A stretch of DNA of 64,000 bases from an uncultured Clostridia bacterium (GTDB taxonomy: Bacteria > Bacillota > Clostridia > TANB77 > CAG-508). Location: the NCBI GenBank assembly GCA_934122115.1, contig CAKOVU010000001.1, forward strand, positions 215,755 through 279,754. The letters are read 5' to 3'. A program made the position numbers and the translations under genes. The notes beneath the pieces were generated by a model that saw nothing but the letters and a program-made list of their open reading frames with translations, was not told where the DNA came from and did not search any database. Positions 49,930 through 60,483 of the stretch are shown here, in pieces; positions within the stretch are counted from its first letter, which is position 1, and the number at the start of each line of letters is the position of its first letter.

Positions 49930-52290
49930 CTATTTTAATTCTACAACGGTAACTCCCATTTCCCCTTCACCGAATGTACCTAGTCTAAAAGATTTGGCAT
50001 GTTTATTAGTCTTTAAGAACTGATGAATACCACTACGAAGTTTACCCGTTCCTTTTCCGTGTACTATTCTTATGCTAGCTAAACCACTCATAGAAGCATC
50101 ATCTAAATATTTGTCGATAATAGGAATAGCCTCATCAACAGTCATTCCGATTACATTTATTTCAGGTGATATATTCTTTGCTTTGAAGCTATTTTTAAAG
50201 CTAGTACTTGAATGTGTAGTTTTTTGTACATTTACTGTATTTATTGGTAATGCTAAATCTTCCAGTTTTACATTCATTGTCATAACACCAAATTGCACCT
50301 GCAATTGATTAGATTTATTAGGCAAAGTTAAAACTGTAGCATTTTGGTTTAATTTTTTTATAAAAACAGTTTGCCCAATACTAATATTTTCCTTTGAGAA
50401 AGAAAAAGTCTTATTAGTAGAAGGGGAAGATGTAATACTATTTAGACAGTCATTTAAATTCAATCTTAATTTATTTGCTTTCTTTAAGTCTATTTCGTCA
50501 TCATTAAGTTCTTTAATGATTTCATTGGCCTCATCTTTAGCATTTAGCAAAATTTCTCTAGCTTTAATTTTGGCATTAGCTACAATACTTTCTGCCTCAG
50601 CATTTAATTTAGAATTATCACGTTCAAGCGATTTCCTTAAAAGTTCTATTTGATTAGAGTTCTTTTTAATTATTTCTTTTTCTTTTTCAATTTCTAATTT
50701 ATCATCATAAACTTTCTTCAATAATGATTCAATATCAACATGTTCTTGGTTTAAATATTTTCCTGCATTAGATAAAATATATTCAGGCAATCCTAAATTT
50801 TTGCTGATAGCGAAAGCATTGCTTTTTCCAGGAACACCAATTAATAATTTGTACGTTGGCTTTAAATGTTCTACATCGAAATCAGAGCTTGCATTTTCAA
50901 AACCTTCTGTAACTAAAGCATAATTTTTTAGCTCTGGGTAGTGAGTAGTAGCTAAAGTTAAAGCACCTTTATTATGAAAATCTTCTAATATACTTATAGC
51001 AAGGCTAGCACCTTCAACAGGGTCTGTACCAGAGCCAAGCTCATCTAAAAGAATTAAACTATTAGATGTTGCTTGATGCAAAATGTCAATTATTGTAATC
51101 ATATGTGAAGAAAAGGTACTCAAAGATTCTTGTATACTCTGTTCATCACCAATATCTGCAAATACATTATCAAACACATATATGCTACTACCTTCTTTAG
51201 CTGGAATATGCATACCACATAAAGCCATAATACTAAGTAAGCCAGTGGTCTTCAAAGTAGCTGTTTTTCCGCCGGTATTTGGACCTGTAATAAGTAAAGA
51301 TGTATAATCATCGCCAATATGAATATCAATAGGAACTACCTTTTCTGGATCAATAAGAGGATGCCTTGCACTAATTAAATTTATATATTTGGTATCGTTT
51401 ATTATCGGATGTACACCGTTAATTTTCTTAGAATATTTTGCTTTAGCAAAAATAAAATCTAAAGAACCAATTATTTCAACATCATTCGACAAATTATCTG
51501 CTAAAGGAAAAAGCAAAATAGATAAGTTTCTTAATATTTTTTCAATTTCAATATTTTCCTCTGTTTTAATATTATTAATTTTATTGTTCAATTCATAAAT
51601 GGCAGAGGGCTCAATATATACAGTAGAGCCACTTGCAGATATATCTAAAATAGATCCATTAATCTTATCTTTTGCTTCTTCCTTTACAGGTATTACAAAT
51701 CTATCGTTTCTAATTGTTATTATTGAATCCATAATGTATTTAGAATAAGCGGAAGAATGAATAAAATTAGATAATTTATCTTTTACATCTTGCTCTAATT
51801 TTTTCCTATTTCTTCTTAACGTAGACAAAACCTTAGAAGCATTATCTGCAATATTATTTTCGTCTATAATAGAATCAAAAATTTTATTTTCCACGTTTGA
51901 ATTTGCATATAAGCCAGAAAAATAATCTGATAACATACTAAAAGAAGATAAATCAAAAGTTTCATCCTCAAAAAAATAATCTTTTAGATTTCTAGACATT
52001 TTTAATACAGTAGCAACATCTAATAGTGCTTTTGCAGATAAAAAGTTATTGCTATGCAAATTTTTTATATAAATATCAATATTATTAAATTCTTCTATAG
52101 GTGGATTTCCTTTTCTATAAATAAGCTGAAGGGCTAAAGAAGTTTCAGATAGAGCCCTTTCAACATCATCTTTATTTTTAAAAGGTTCTAGCTCAAAAAC
52201 CTTAGATTTTCCTATATATGTATTGCAATGACTATTAAGCTCATCTAGTATTTTGTTAAATTCTAATCTGTTTAAATTTTTGTTTAGCAT
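49930..52290 (-). CDS. mutS2: Endonuclease MutS2 (MutS domains plus C-terminal Smr)
   Basis: Walker A GPNTGGKT, MutS signature, C-terminal Smr domain (VIGMTVDEA...HGKGTG). Confidence 0.9.
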   Translation of the reverse strand: MLNKNLNRLEFNKILDELNSHCNTYIGKSKVFELEPFKNKDDVERALSETSLALQLIYRKGNPPIEEFNNIDIYIKNLHSNNFLSAKALLDVATVLKMSRNLKDYFFEDETFDLSSFSMLSDYFSGLYANSNVENKIFDSIIDENNIADNASKVLSTLRRNRKKLEQDVKDKLSNFIHSSAYSKYIMDSIITIRNDRFVIPVKEEAKDKINGSILDISASGSTVYIEPSAIYELNNKINNIKTEENIEIEKILRNLSILLFPLADNLSNDVEIIGSLDFIFAKAKYSKKINGVHPIINDTKYINLISARHPLIDPEKVVPIDIHIGDDYTSLLITGPNTGGKTATLKTTGLLSIMALCGMHIPAKEGSSIYVFDNVFADIGDEQSIQESLSTFSSHMITIIDILHQATSNSLILLDELGSGTDPVEGASLAISILEDFHNKGALTLATTHYPELKNYALVTEGFENASSDFDVEHLKPTYKLLIGVPGKSNAFAISKNLGLPEYILSNAGKYLNQEHVDIESLLKKVYDDKLEIEKEKEIIKKNSNQIELLRKSLERDNSKLNAEAESIVANAKIKAREILLNAKDEANEIIKELNDDEIDLKKANKLRLNLNDCLNSITSSPSTNKTFSFSKENISIGQTVFIKKLNQNATVLTLPNKSNQLQVQFGVMTMNVKLEDLALPINTVNVQKTTHSSTSFKNSFKAKNISPEINVIGMTVDEAIPIIDKYLDDASMSGLASIRIVHGKGTGKLRSGIHQFLKTNKHAKSFRLGTFGEGEMGVTVVELK

Positions 52291-52390
52291 AAAATTAGTC
52301 TCCTTATTTAAAACATTATATAATAAATTATATAAATAGTAAAGAATACGATTGACAGATAAATTGGAATTAACATATAATTAATAAAAA

Positions 52391-53224
52391 ATGAAAGAGG
52401 AAAAAATGGAAAAAACAATAGATAAAATAAAAGAAATAAGAAAATACGAAGAAAGAGATATAAAGATTACATTTAAAAGGGTTTTAGCATATTTTGTAAT
52501 ATATAGTTTTTTAGGTTTTATAGTAGAAACTATATTTGGAATGCTTACAAAAGGAGTAGTAGAAAGCAGGCAAAGTTGCCTATATGGTCCATTCTGTTGT
52601 ATATATGGTTTAGGTGCAGCAGTGATGATCCCAGGATTAGAAAAATTTAAAAAGAGCAATTGGGGATTAGCAATAGCAGGAATGGTAGAAGGCTCTGTAG
52701 TAGAATATGTAATAAGCTGGGTTGGTGAGATTATATTTCAAATAAAATGGTGGGATTATTCAAATCTACCACTTAATATAAATGGTAGAATATGCCTGTT
52801 ATTTTCACTATTTTGGGGAATATTAGCATTAGTATTATTTAGACTAATAAATCCATTCATAGAAAAGATTATAGATGATATGCCAAAGAAATTATTTAAT
52901 TTCATTGCTGTTGGAGGTACCACATTTTTAATATTTGATTTATTATTTACCGCACTAGGTTTAAAAATATTTTATACCAGATTAATCAATCAATATGATT
53001 TAAATCTAAAGAGTGAAAGCTCATTAGTTGTTAGCCAAGAGTTCTTAGATAATAGTATAATAGAATATTTATCTGAACATGTTTTTACAGATGAGAAGAT
53101 GTTAAAAACTTTTCCAAATATAAAATTTGAAGACGTAAATGGCGATATAATATGGGTAAAAGATATATTGCCAGATATAGAGCCATATTATTTCAAAATT
53201 AGCAATAAAATACATCTAAAATAA
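52391..53224 (+). CDS. Polytopic membrane protein (CmpB-like, PF06541-type pattern FVIYSFLGFIVETIF)
   Basis: Conserved N-terminal motif of that family. Confidence 0.4.
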   Translation: MKEEKMEKTIDKIKEIRKYEERDIKITFKRVLAYFVIYSFLGFIVETIFGMLTKGVVESRQSCLYGPFCCIYGLGAAVMIPGLEKFKKSNWGLAIAGMVEGSVVEYVISWVGEIIFQIKWWDYSNLPLNINGRICLLFSLFWGILALVLFRLINPFIEKIIDDMPKKLFNFIAVGGTTFLIFDLLFTALGLKIFYTRLINQYDLNLKSESSLVVSQEFLDNSIIEYLSEHVFTDEKMLKTFPNIKFEDVNGDIIWVKDILPDIEPYYFKISNKIHLK

Positions 53225-53242
53225 TATTAAATAGTTCGTTTA

Positions 53243-53917
53243 TTAATACAAACGAACTATTTTTGCTGTTACATTTTCGTCATCTGATGAAAAATATAGT
53301 TTTATATCATTACTAGAGTTATTTTTAAATTTAAAATCAACAGAACCATATGAAACAGTAGCATCTTTACCTTCCGGCACATAGCCTACATTTTTGCCGT
53401 GTTCATGCCTTTCTACTACTTCTAAATCAGGCACAGCTAAAACTGCGTTGTATAAAGTGCTACTCACTTGGCAATTTCCACCACCTAATGCTTGTTCAGT
53501 TTCTCCATTAATAATAACATCAGCTTTTTCATATCCTTTCTCAGCAGTTGACGGACCTAAAGTATTACAAAAAGAGAAAGTATCACCTTTATGCACAATG
53601 GTTCCATTTAAAGCAGAGCAAGTAATTTTTATATTGTTCAACCTACCAGATGCTTTGGATTTTAAGGGAGAAGAATAAGAAGATATTTCTTCTTCAGTTC
53701 TATTTTCATTTGAAACAGAATTACTTTTTTCTATTATATTTTGTTTTTGAGCATCTTGAACTTCATTGTTAGTTTCATTAGATTCTATTGCAAGCTTTGT
53801 AGTATTGTTTGTGTTTTCATGTGTTTTATTATTTTGATAATTATTATAAAGTATAAAACCTGCTATCCCAATTATAATAATTAATATTATTATAAAAAAT
53901 AAATATTTTTTATTCAT
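53243..53917 (-). CDS. VanW-domain protein
   Basis: N-terminal TM; GGGNCQVSSTLYNA VanW core. Confidence 0.7.
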   Translation of the reverse strand: MNKKYLFFIIILIIIIGIAGFILYNNYQNNKTHENTNNTTKLAIESNETNNEVQDAQKQNIIEKSNSVSNENRTEEEISSYSSPLKSKASGRLNNIKITCSALNGTIVHKGDTFSFCNTLGPSTAEKGYEKADVIINGETEQALGGGNCQVSSTLYNAVLAVPDLEVVERHEHGKNVGYVPEGKDATVSYGSVDFKFKNNSSNDIKLYFSSDDENVTAKIVRLY

Positions 53918-53986
53918 ACTAAAATCCTTTCTTAAAAGTTATCTATAAATTAGTATATACAAATAAAAAATATTTATAATTTAAAT

Positions 53987-55255
53987 TTATGTTTTATTTC
54001 TAAAAAGAGTAAACCAATTTCCATAAATCATTCTAAGAACAGCAGAAAAACTTAGTTTTGCCACATTTTTGGAAGCAATTAAATTTACACTATCCAATAT
54101 TTCTCCATTGATTGAATATGTTACTTCGCCTAGCTTTTGACCTTTTATTATTGGGGCAGAGAAGGTATCATCCAAAGTGATATTTTGACTAATTTCAGAA
54201 GTATTTCCTTTTTTTAATAAAACTCCGGAATCATTCTCCAATATAACATCGAGATTTGAAGAAACACCTTTATCTATTGAAACATTTTTTATTACATCAG
54301 ATTTTTTTCCAAATTGTTTAAATTCATAATTATTAAAACCATAATCAAGAAGTTTTTGAGCTTCAGAAAATCTGATTTTTGGAGTTTGAGCACTCATAAC
54401 AACTGCAATAAATGATAAGCCATCTCTAGTTGCAGAAGCTGAAAGGTTATAGAGTGCAAGAGATGTAGAACCTGTTTTTAATCCCGTACAGCCATTATAA
54501 TTACGAACTAATTTGTTTGTGTTTACTAAGCTTGATTTTCCATCACGTAAAGAATCCATATAGATGGTGGTGTAATTAGTGATTGAAGGGTGTTTTATTA
54601 AAAGTTCTCTAGACATTATAGCAATATCGTAAGCAGAAGTTAAGTGGCCATCTTCATCTATACCATGGCAGTTCTTGAAGCAGGTGTCATTCATTCCCAG
54701 TTCTTTAGCTTTTTCATTCATTTTTGTTACAAAAGCTTCTTGGCTACCTTCTAAGTAATTTGCCATTGCCACAACGCAATCATTAGCAGAAACGATGCAA
54801 ATTGCTTTCAACATTTCATCTACAGTTAATGTTTCACGTACGTCTAACCAAATTTGTGAACCACCCATTGCAGCAGCATCTTCAGTGCATGGAACTTTAT
54901 CTGTTAAAGATATCCTTCCAGAATCAATAGCTTCCATTATTAATAATAAACTCATAATTTTAGTGACACTTGCAGGGCGTAATTGCTCATGCATATTATG
55001 ATCATATATTACAAGGCCAGTAGATTGCTCTATTAAACAAGCACTTTTACTTTCAAGATTTAAAGAATTAGTTGTGACTGTATCACTATTTGTATTTAAA
55101 GGAGCACTAGTTTGAACTGTTTCTAGCTTTGAAGACTGATTGGACCATACATATGTAGTTGCAGCTGCTAATGCATATGTTGGAGCTATACATAAGAAAA
55201 TTAATGCTAAAGTCACTGCAAGAGTAAATTTAAATATATATTTTATTTTATACAT
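53987..55255 (-). CDS. D-alanyl-D-alanine carboxypeptidase (S11, PBP5-type, sporulation-type Dac)
   Basis: ASVTK (SxxK), SAND-like and KTG motifs. Start set at MYKIKY after a GGAGG RBS; the track start at 55297 is too long. Confidence 0.8.
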   Translation of the reverse strand: MYKIKYIFKFTLAVTLALIFLCIAPTYALAAATTYVWSNQSSKLETVQTSAPLNTNSDTVTTNSLNLESKSACLIEQSTGLVIYDHNMHEQLRPASVTKIMSLLLIMEAIDSGRISLTDKVPCTEDAAAMGGSQIWLDVRETLTVDEMLKAICIVSANDCVVAMANYLEGSQEAFVTKMNEKAKELGMNDTCFKNCHGIDEDGHLTSAYDIAIMSRELLIKHPSITNYTTIYMDSLRDGKSSLVNTNKLVRNYNGCTGLKTGSTSLALYNLSASATRDGLSFIAVVMSAQTPKIRFSEAQKLLDYGFNNYEFKQFGKKSDVIKNVSIDKGVSSNLDVILENDSGVLLKKGNTSEISQNITLDDTFSAPIIKGQKLGEVTYSINGEILDSVNLIASKNVAKLSFSAVLRMIYGNWFTLFRNKT

Positions 55256-55683
55256 ACAAACCTCCAGAAAGTAGATTTGTTTAATAATATTCAACAAAAC
55301 AAAATATATGTGTCAAAAATCAATAAAGCATATTGCTGTGATGTATAAATCGAAATAGAGATATAATAAAGAAGTTGTAGAAATGACAATAAGAGATTTT
55401 ATAACTATTTTTTTGAAAATTTTGTTTCACATCATTGATAATTATGCACAAATAAAATAAAAAATAAAAAAAGATATTGCAAAAGAAAAAAAGTAATAGT
55501 AAAATAAAATTGAAGTATTTGTAATCTAAATTATAGCAAGAAAAAAGGTACAAATACAGCAAGAGCTAATAAAAACTATAATATAGAAAACAAATACAAA
55601 AAACTAAGAATATTATAGTAAAAAACAACTTAAAATGTTGCGAAAAAATCAAAAAGACCCAAAAGAAACAAAGGAGGATAAAG

Positions 55684-57054
55684 ATGTTTAAAAAACAGAA
55701 AATAAAATCAAAATCAGGAATAACATTAGTGGCTCTTGTTGTAACAATAGTTGTGCTATTGTTATTAGCGGGAGTAAGTCTAAGTTTAGTTATAGGTAAC
55801 GACGGAATAATGAAAAGAGCAAAAGAGGCTAAAGAAAAATATGGACAAGCAAGCAAGAATGAGCAGAAAGATTTAGATACAGTAGAAGATTATATGAATA
55901 AAATGACAGGTGAAGGTTCTGGAACTGGAACAGGAACTGTTGTGAAGGTAAATGTAGGAGAATCTGCAACGGGTGTTGCAACAATAAATGGAAAAGCAGG
56001 AAATACAAATAATCCAACAATACCAAAAGGCTATACACCAATAAATGCAGGAAATGCCACGTGGGGAGATGGAAACAGTAGCCCCGCCCCAAGTTCAATA
56101 GATAATGGCTTAGTAATAAAAGATGATAATAATAATGAATGGGTGTGGGTGCCAGTAGAAGAAATTAGCAAATATTATGAAAGCGTAGATTCAGGAGTCA
56201 CAATAACAGGAAGTACAGTAACAACAAAAAAATATACAAAATCATCAATAGAAATGGGAAGAGAAGAAGATAAGACAACAATAACAAGAGGATTACCAAG
56301 TAGTAGTAATAGTTGTCGTGAGCCTGCATTACTAGGTACAAATTATGATAGTGATGCTAATGCGAAAAAGGCAGGATTTACAGATGCAAAAGATATGGCA
56401 ACAAAAATGGTAAGAGAATATGAAACAATGATAAAAAGCATAGAAAAATATGGAGGATTCTATATAGGAAGATATGAGCTATCTGGAACAGTAGATAATC
56501 CAACAGAAAAAACAGGAGCAACAATAACAAAAAAAACCTGGTATGAATTGTATAATGCATGTAAAAAAATAGGAGCAAAATCTGATGGAAGTGATAAAGA
56601 AGGAATAGCAACAAGAATGATATGGGAATGCCAGTGGGATGCCACATGTGATTTTATATCAAAAAAGGGAGACCAAAAGAAAATAACAGATTCACGTAGT
56701 TGGGGAAATTATTCTGATTCAACGTTTCCAGCCAATACAGGAAATTATGAAAAAAGTAAAAAGAAAGATACAGGATCAAATGAATATTGGAAGGCAAATA
56801 ATATTTATGATATAGCAGGAAATTGCTATGAATGGACACAAGGGGCGAGCGTCACCAGCAGACGTGCTGAACGTGGAGGTTACTACTACGACAGTGGCTC
56901 TTACCTTCCAGCATATATCAACAGCCACAACGATCCTACCAACAGCTACGTCTTCTTACGGTTCTCGTCCCACTTTAATAATTACTACTGGAATCTAGAG
57001 CGTGGGAACCAGTGGAAAGAAGAATGGAATAGGTTGACAGAAAATAGAATCTAA
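55684..57054 (+). CDS. Pilin-like N-terminus fused to an FGE/SUMF1-type domain; C-terminal tail frame-shifted relative to paralogue 3882
   Basis: N-terminus and first 70 aa nearly identical to 25876. The homologous ...GSRPTLIITTGI* ending is in another frame. Confidence 0.65.
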   Translation: MFKKQKIKSKSGITLVALVVTIVVLLLLAGVSLSLVIGNDGIMKRAKEAKEKYGQASKNEQKDLDTVEDYMNKMTGEGSGTGTGTVVKVNVGESATGVATINGKAGNTNNPTIPKGYTPINAGNATWGDGNSSPAPSSIDNGLVIKDDNNNEWVWVPVEEISKYYESVDSGVTITGSTVTTKKYTKSSIEMGREEDKTTITRGLPSSSNSCREPALLGTNYDSDANAKKAGFTDAKDMATKMVREYETMIKSIEKYGGFYIGRYELSGTVDNPTEKTGATITKKTWYELYNACKKIGAKSDGSDKEGIATRMIWECQWDATCDFISKKGDQKKITDSRSWGNYSDSTFPANTGNYEKSKKKDTGSNEYWKANNIYDIAGNCYEWTQGASVTSRRAERGGYYYDSGSYLPAYINSHNDPTNSYVFLRFSSHFNNYYWNLERGNQWKEEWNRLTENRI

Positions 57055-57257
57055 AGAAGGCGAAAGCCTTTAATAGCATGAAATACGCTATTATGGCAAA
57101 ATTTAAGTTATACTACTCAGAAAGAGGAGCAAGACTTAAATTTTGCCATTATCGTAGCGCCACTAGTGTGGCGCTTTTTCTATGTTTACAGGCATGGTTA
57201 TGTAAACAAAAAATAACATAGAAAAAGCGTAATAATTATAAAAAAGGTGGTGCAAAA

Positions 57258-57476
57258 ATGAGTTTTAGTAATATGTTAGAAATTTTACAAGAGAAAAATA
57301 AGGGAAAAATTGTATTAGTAAAATTAGGTGTTTTTTATATTGCGACAGGAAAAGATGCTGTTTTGTTAAATAATTTATATTATACTAGAAATGTCAGAAG
57401 AATTAAGAAGAAACAAATCTATATATTGATTTTGCATTGCTATTATTTTTTGAATGGACTTTTTATAAAAAAATAA
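57258..57476 (+). pseudogene. Truncated MutS-domain-I-like gene, paralogue of 27315
   Basis: EILQEKNKGKIVLVKLGVFYIATGKDAVLLNNL versus ENLEENKGYLIWIRCGAFFVAICANAVILSNIL; similarity stops after about 45 aa. Confidence 0.45.
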
Positions 57477-57495
57477 AAAAATTTTAAGATAAGTA

Positions 57496-57524
57496 TTGAC
57501 AAGTATAAAGAAATCTAGTATACT
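57496..57524 (+). promoter_or_regulatory. Sigma-A promoter TTGACA-17-TATACT for the tRNA operon
   Basis: Consensus -35, 17-bp spacer. Confidence 0.6.
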
Positions 57525-57544
57525 TAATCTCGTCGGAAGGATAC

Positions 57545-57620
57545 GGTCGCTTAGCTCAGCTGGGAGAGCATCTGCCTTACAAGCAGGGGGTCATAGGTTC
57601 GAGCCCTATAGCGACCACCA
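57545..57620 (+). tRNA. tRNA-Val (anticodon TAC)
   Basis: Cloverleaf; CCTTACAAG anticodon loop; CCA encoded. Confidence 0.9.
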
Positions 57621-57628
57621 TTTTTTAC

Positions 57629-57705
57629 GGCCTGGTAGTTCAGTTGGTTAGAACGCTAGCCTGTCACGCTAGAGGTCGACGGTTCGAGCCCGTTCCAGGT
57701 CGCCA
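57629..57705 (+). tRNA. tRNA-Asp (anticodon GTC)
   Basis: CCTGTCACG anticodon loop; close match to the Bacillus tRNA-Asp. Confidence 0.9.
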
Positions 57706-57721
57706 TTTTTTTATATAAAAA

Positions 57722-57797
<76 letters not shown>

Positions 57798-57802
57798 AAG
57801 AA

Positions 57803-57830
57803 AATCGTGATTTTATCACGATTTTTTTTA
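57803..57830 (+). terminator. Terminator (atcgtgattttatcacgat plus T8)
   Basis: Seen directly. Confidence 0.7.
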
Positions 57831-57972
57831 CATAAAAACAGTGGATCTGGAATAAAAAATATTATATATATTTGCAAAAAATGCATAATAATTATTATAT
57901 ATATGTTATAATAACTGGGAAAAATAAGATAAAATGATTTGTTTAGATAGATTATGAGAAAGGAGTATAAAA

Positions 57973-59350
57973 ATGGTTGAAAACCAAGATATAGAATTTA
58001 AGTCAGTTTGGAAAGATGAATACTTAAAATGGATTTGTGGTATGGCAAATGCCAATGGAGGTACAATATACATTGGAAAAGATGATAAAGGAAAAGTTGT
58101 CGGTGTAAATAATGCTATAAAACTTGTAAAAGAGATTCCCAACAAAATAAAGGATACAATGGGAATAATTCCAGAAGTTAAAATAGAAGAAGAAAACGAT
58201 TTATTATATTTAATTATTAAAGTAGATGAATACCCAATGCCTATAAGCTATCAAGGGAAATTTTATTTAAGAAGTGGTAGCAATAATCACGAAGTTACAG
58301 GTAGTGAACTTGATAGATTTATGCTTGATAGAGTCGGAAAACGTTGGGAAGATTTGCCTGTAAAGAATGCTACATTTGATGATTTAAGTGAAGAAGCATT
58401 TAAAGCATTTCGAGAAAAATCAGTTAAAAGTGGTAGATTAAAACCTGAAGATGTAGAAATAGATAATGAAATATTATTAAAAAATTTAGGACTATATGAT
58501 GGAAAATATATAAACAAAGCAGGACTTTTACTGTTTGGAAAAAATCCAAATCAATGGATTGTAGGTTCGTATATAAAAATTGGATTTTTTGAAGATAATG
58601 ATGCAGATTTAAGATACCAAGATGAAATTCAAGGTCCATTAATTTTACAGGTAGATAAAGCAATAGACTTAATATATCTTAAATATTTAAAAGCGCTAAT
58701 CCATTACGAAGGAGTACAGAGAATAGATGAGTACATGTTCCCTATTGAACGGATTTAGAGAAATTTTATTGAATAGTATCAATCATAAGCAGTATGAAGA
58801 AAATAATCCAATTCAAATTAGTATTTATGATGATAAAATGTATGTATGGAATGATGGTAAATTTCCTGATGAAATTGCTAAACAAGATTTATTTAAAAAA
58901 CACTATTCAAAACCATATAATCCATTAATTGCTCAAACATTTTTTAAAGCTGGTTTTATCGAATCTTGGGGAAGGGGCTTTGAAAAAATAAGAAAAGAAT
59001 GTGAAGAATATGGTTCACCACTTCCAGAAGTAGAAATTAAAAATAGTGGGGTTATGGTAAAATGTGTTCCTTCAAAAGTTTATATGGAATTATTGGATAA
59101 AATGAAAGGAAAAAATGGCCCAGCAAATGACCCAGTAAATGACCCAGTAAATGACCCAGTAAATTTAGATGAGATAGAAAGAAAAATATTAGAAATAATT
59201 AAAGATAATGCTAGTATAACAAGGAAAGATTTATCAAAATTATTATATTTATCAGAGACAACTATAAAAAGAAAATTATCAAATTTAAAGCAACACAATA
59301 TAATTGAAAGATTAGGATCTGACAAAAAAGGCTCTTGGAGAATTTTATAA
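57973..59350 (+). pseudogene. AlbA_2 plus HATPase_c_4 plus C-terminal HTH putative regulator (Schlafen-like ATP-binding protein), split by a frameshift near 58745-58760
   Basis: The two overlapping ORFs (57973-58758, 58727-59350) together make the usual single protein of about 460 aa. Confidence 0.6.
59121..59156 (+). repeat. Tandem 12-bp repeat (aatgacccagta, 3 copies) encoding (NDPV)3
   Basis: Seen directly inside the 58727 ORF. Confidence 0.8.
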
Positions 59351-59557
59351 AATTGAAAATTTTACAATAATTATATAAGTATAATTTTCAAGTGGCAATT
59401 TAGTAGATATAATTGTTTTATCTAAAGAAAATAAAAAGCAATAAATTGAGAGATCACTGATATAGTTAAAGGGAGTTTTTTAAAAGTATGGGAATAACTC
59501 TGACTGTTATTATTATTGGATTTTTAATAGGTATAATTCCGACAAATGTAGGAAAAT

Positions 59558-60343
59558 GTGGAGATAATGCAACATTTGGAGGGTAAAAATAAAATGTTTT
59601 CAAAAATGGGAAAATACGAACCTTGCGGAATATTTACAACAGGGCATTTTATATTAATCGCAATTACTGTAATTTGCATAGCAATTGCATTAAAGTATTC
59701 AGTAAGGAAGAGTAAAGAAGAAGTTTATAAAATAATAAGAAATGCAACAATTGTAATATTCATATTAGAGGCTATAAAAATAATTTATAGTATACAACAA
59801 AACTCATGGAAGGCAGTTGATACATACCTTCCACTATATTATTGTAGCATATTAATATATGCTGGATTATTAAGTTCATTCGGAAAAGGCAAGTTAAAAA
59901 GAGCTGGAGATGTGTGCTTAGCAACAGGCTCTATAATTGGAGGAATTGTATTTATAATATATCCATCCACATCATTACCAAGGTATCCAGCATTTCATAT
60001 TTTAAGTATATATAGCTTTTTATTTCATGGAACTATGATGTATTTAGGAATATTAATAAATAAAACAAATTATATAGATTTAAAAATTAGTGACGTAAAA
60101 TACTTTGCTGCTGTAATAGGCGCGATGAGCATAGTTGCATTAATTGTAAATAAAATATTTAATGTTAATTTGATGTTTATATCAAATAATTTTCCAGGAA
60201 CGCCTATAGAGATAATATACAAATTAACTAATGGAGGCTATGCATATAGTTTGGTTATGGTAATACTTCAAATGACGTTACCGTTTTATGCTTGTTTCTT
60301 TCTAAAGTACTTGACAGTTTGTAAGAATAAGGCTAAAATATAA
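59558..60343 (+). CDS. Polytopic integral membrane protein (YwaF/TIGR02206-like); start possibly at 59594
   Basis: Seven hydrophobic segments; no catalytic motif recognised. Confidence 0.4.
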   Translation: MEIMQHLEGKNKMFSKMGKYEPCGIFTTGHFILIAITVICIAIALKYSVRKSKEEVYKIIRNATIVIFILEAIKIIYSIQQNSWKAVDTYLPLYYCSILIYAGLLSSFGKGKLKRAGDVCLATGSIIGGIVFIIYPSTSLPRYPAFHILSIYSFLFHGTMMYLGILINKTNYIDLKISDVKYFAAVIGAMSIVALIVNKIFNVNLMFISNNFPGTPIEIIYKLTNGGYAYSLVMVILQMTLPFYACFFLKYLTVCKNKAKI

Positions 60344-60483
60344 TAGGATATAATATATGTATTAATAAAAATAGATTAAATAAAAATAACCAAGTGCATA
60401 CAAAATGCACAAAATATAATCTAAAAATATTAGATATATATTTATACGCACATTGAAAATTTAATAGAAAGAGGTGTAAGATT

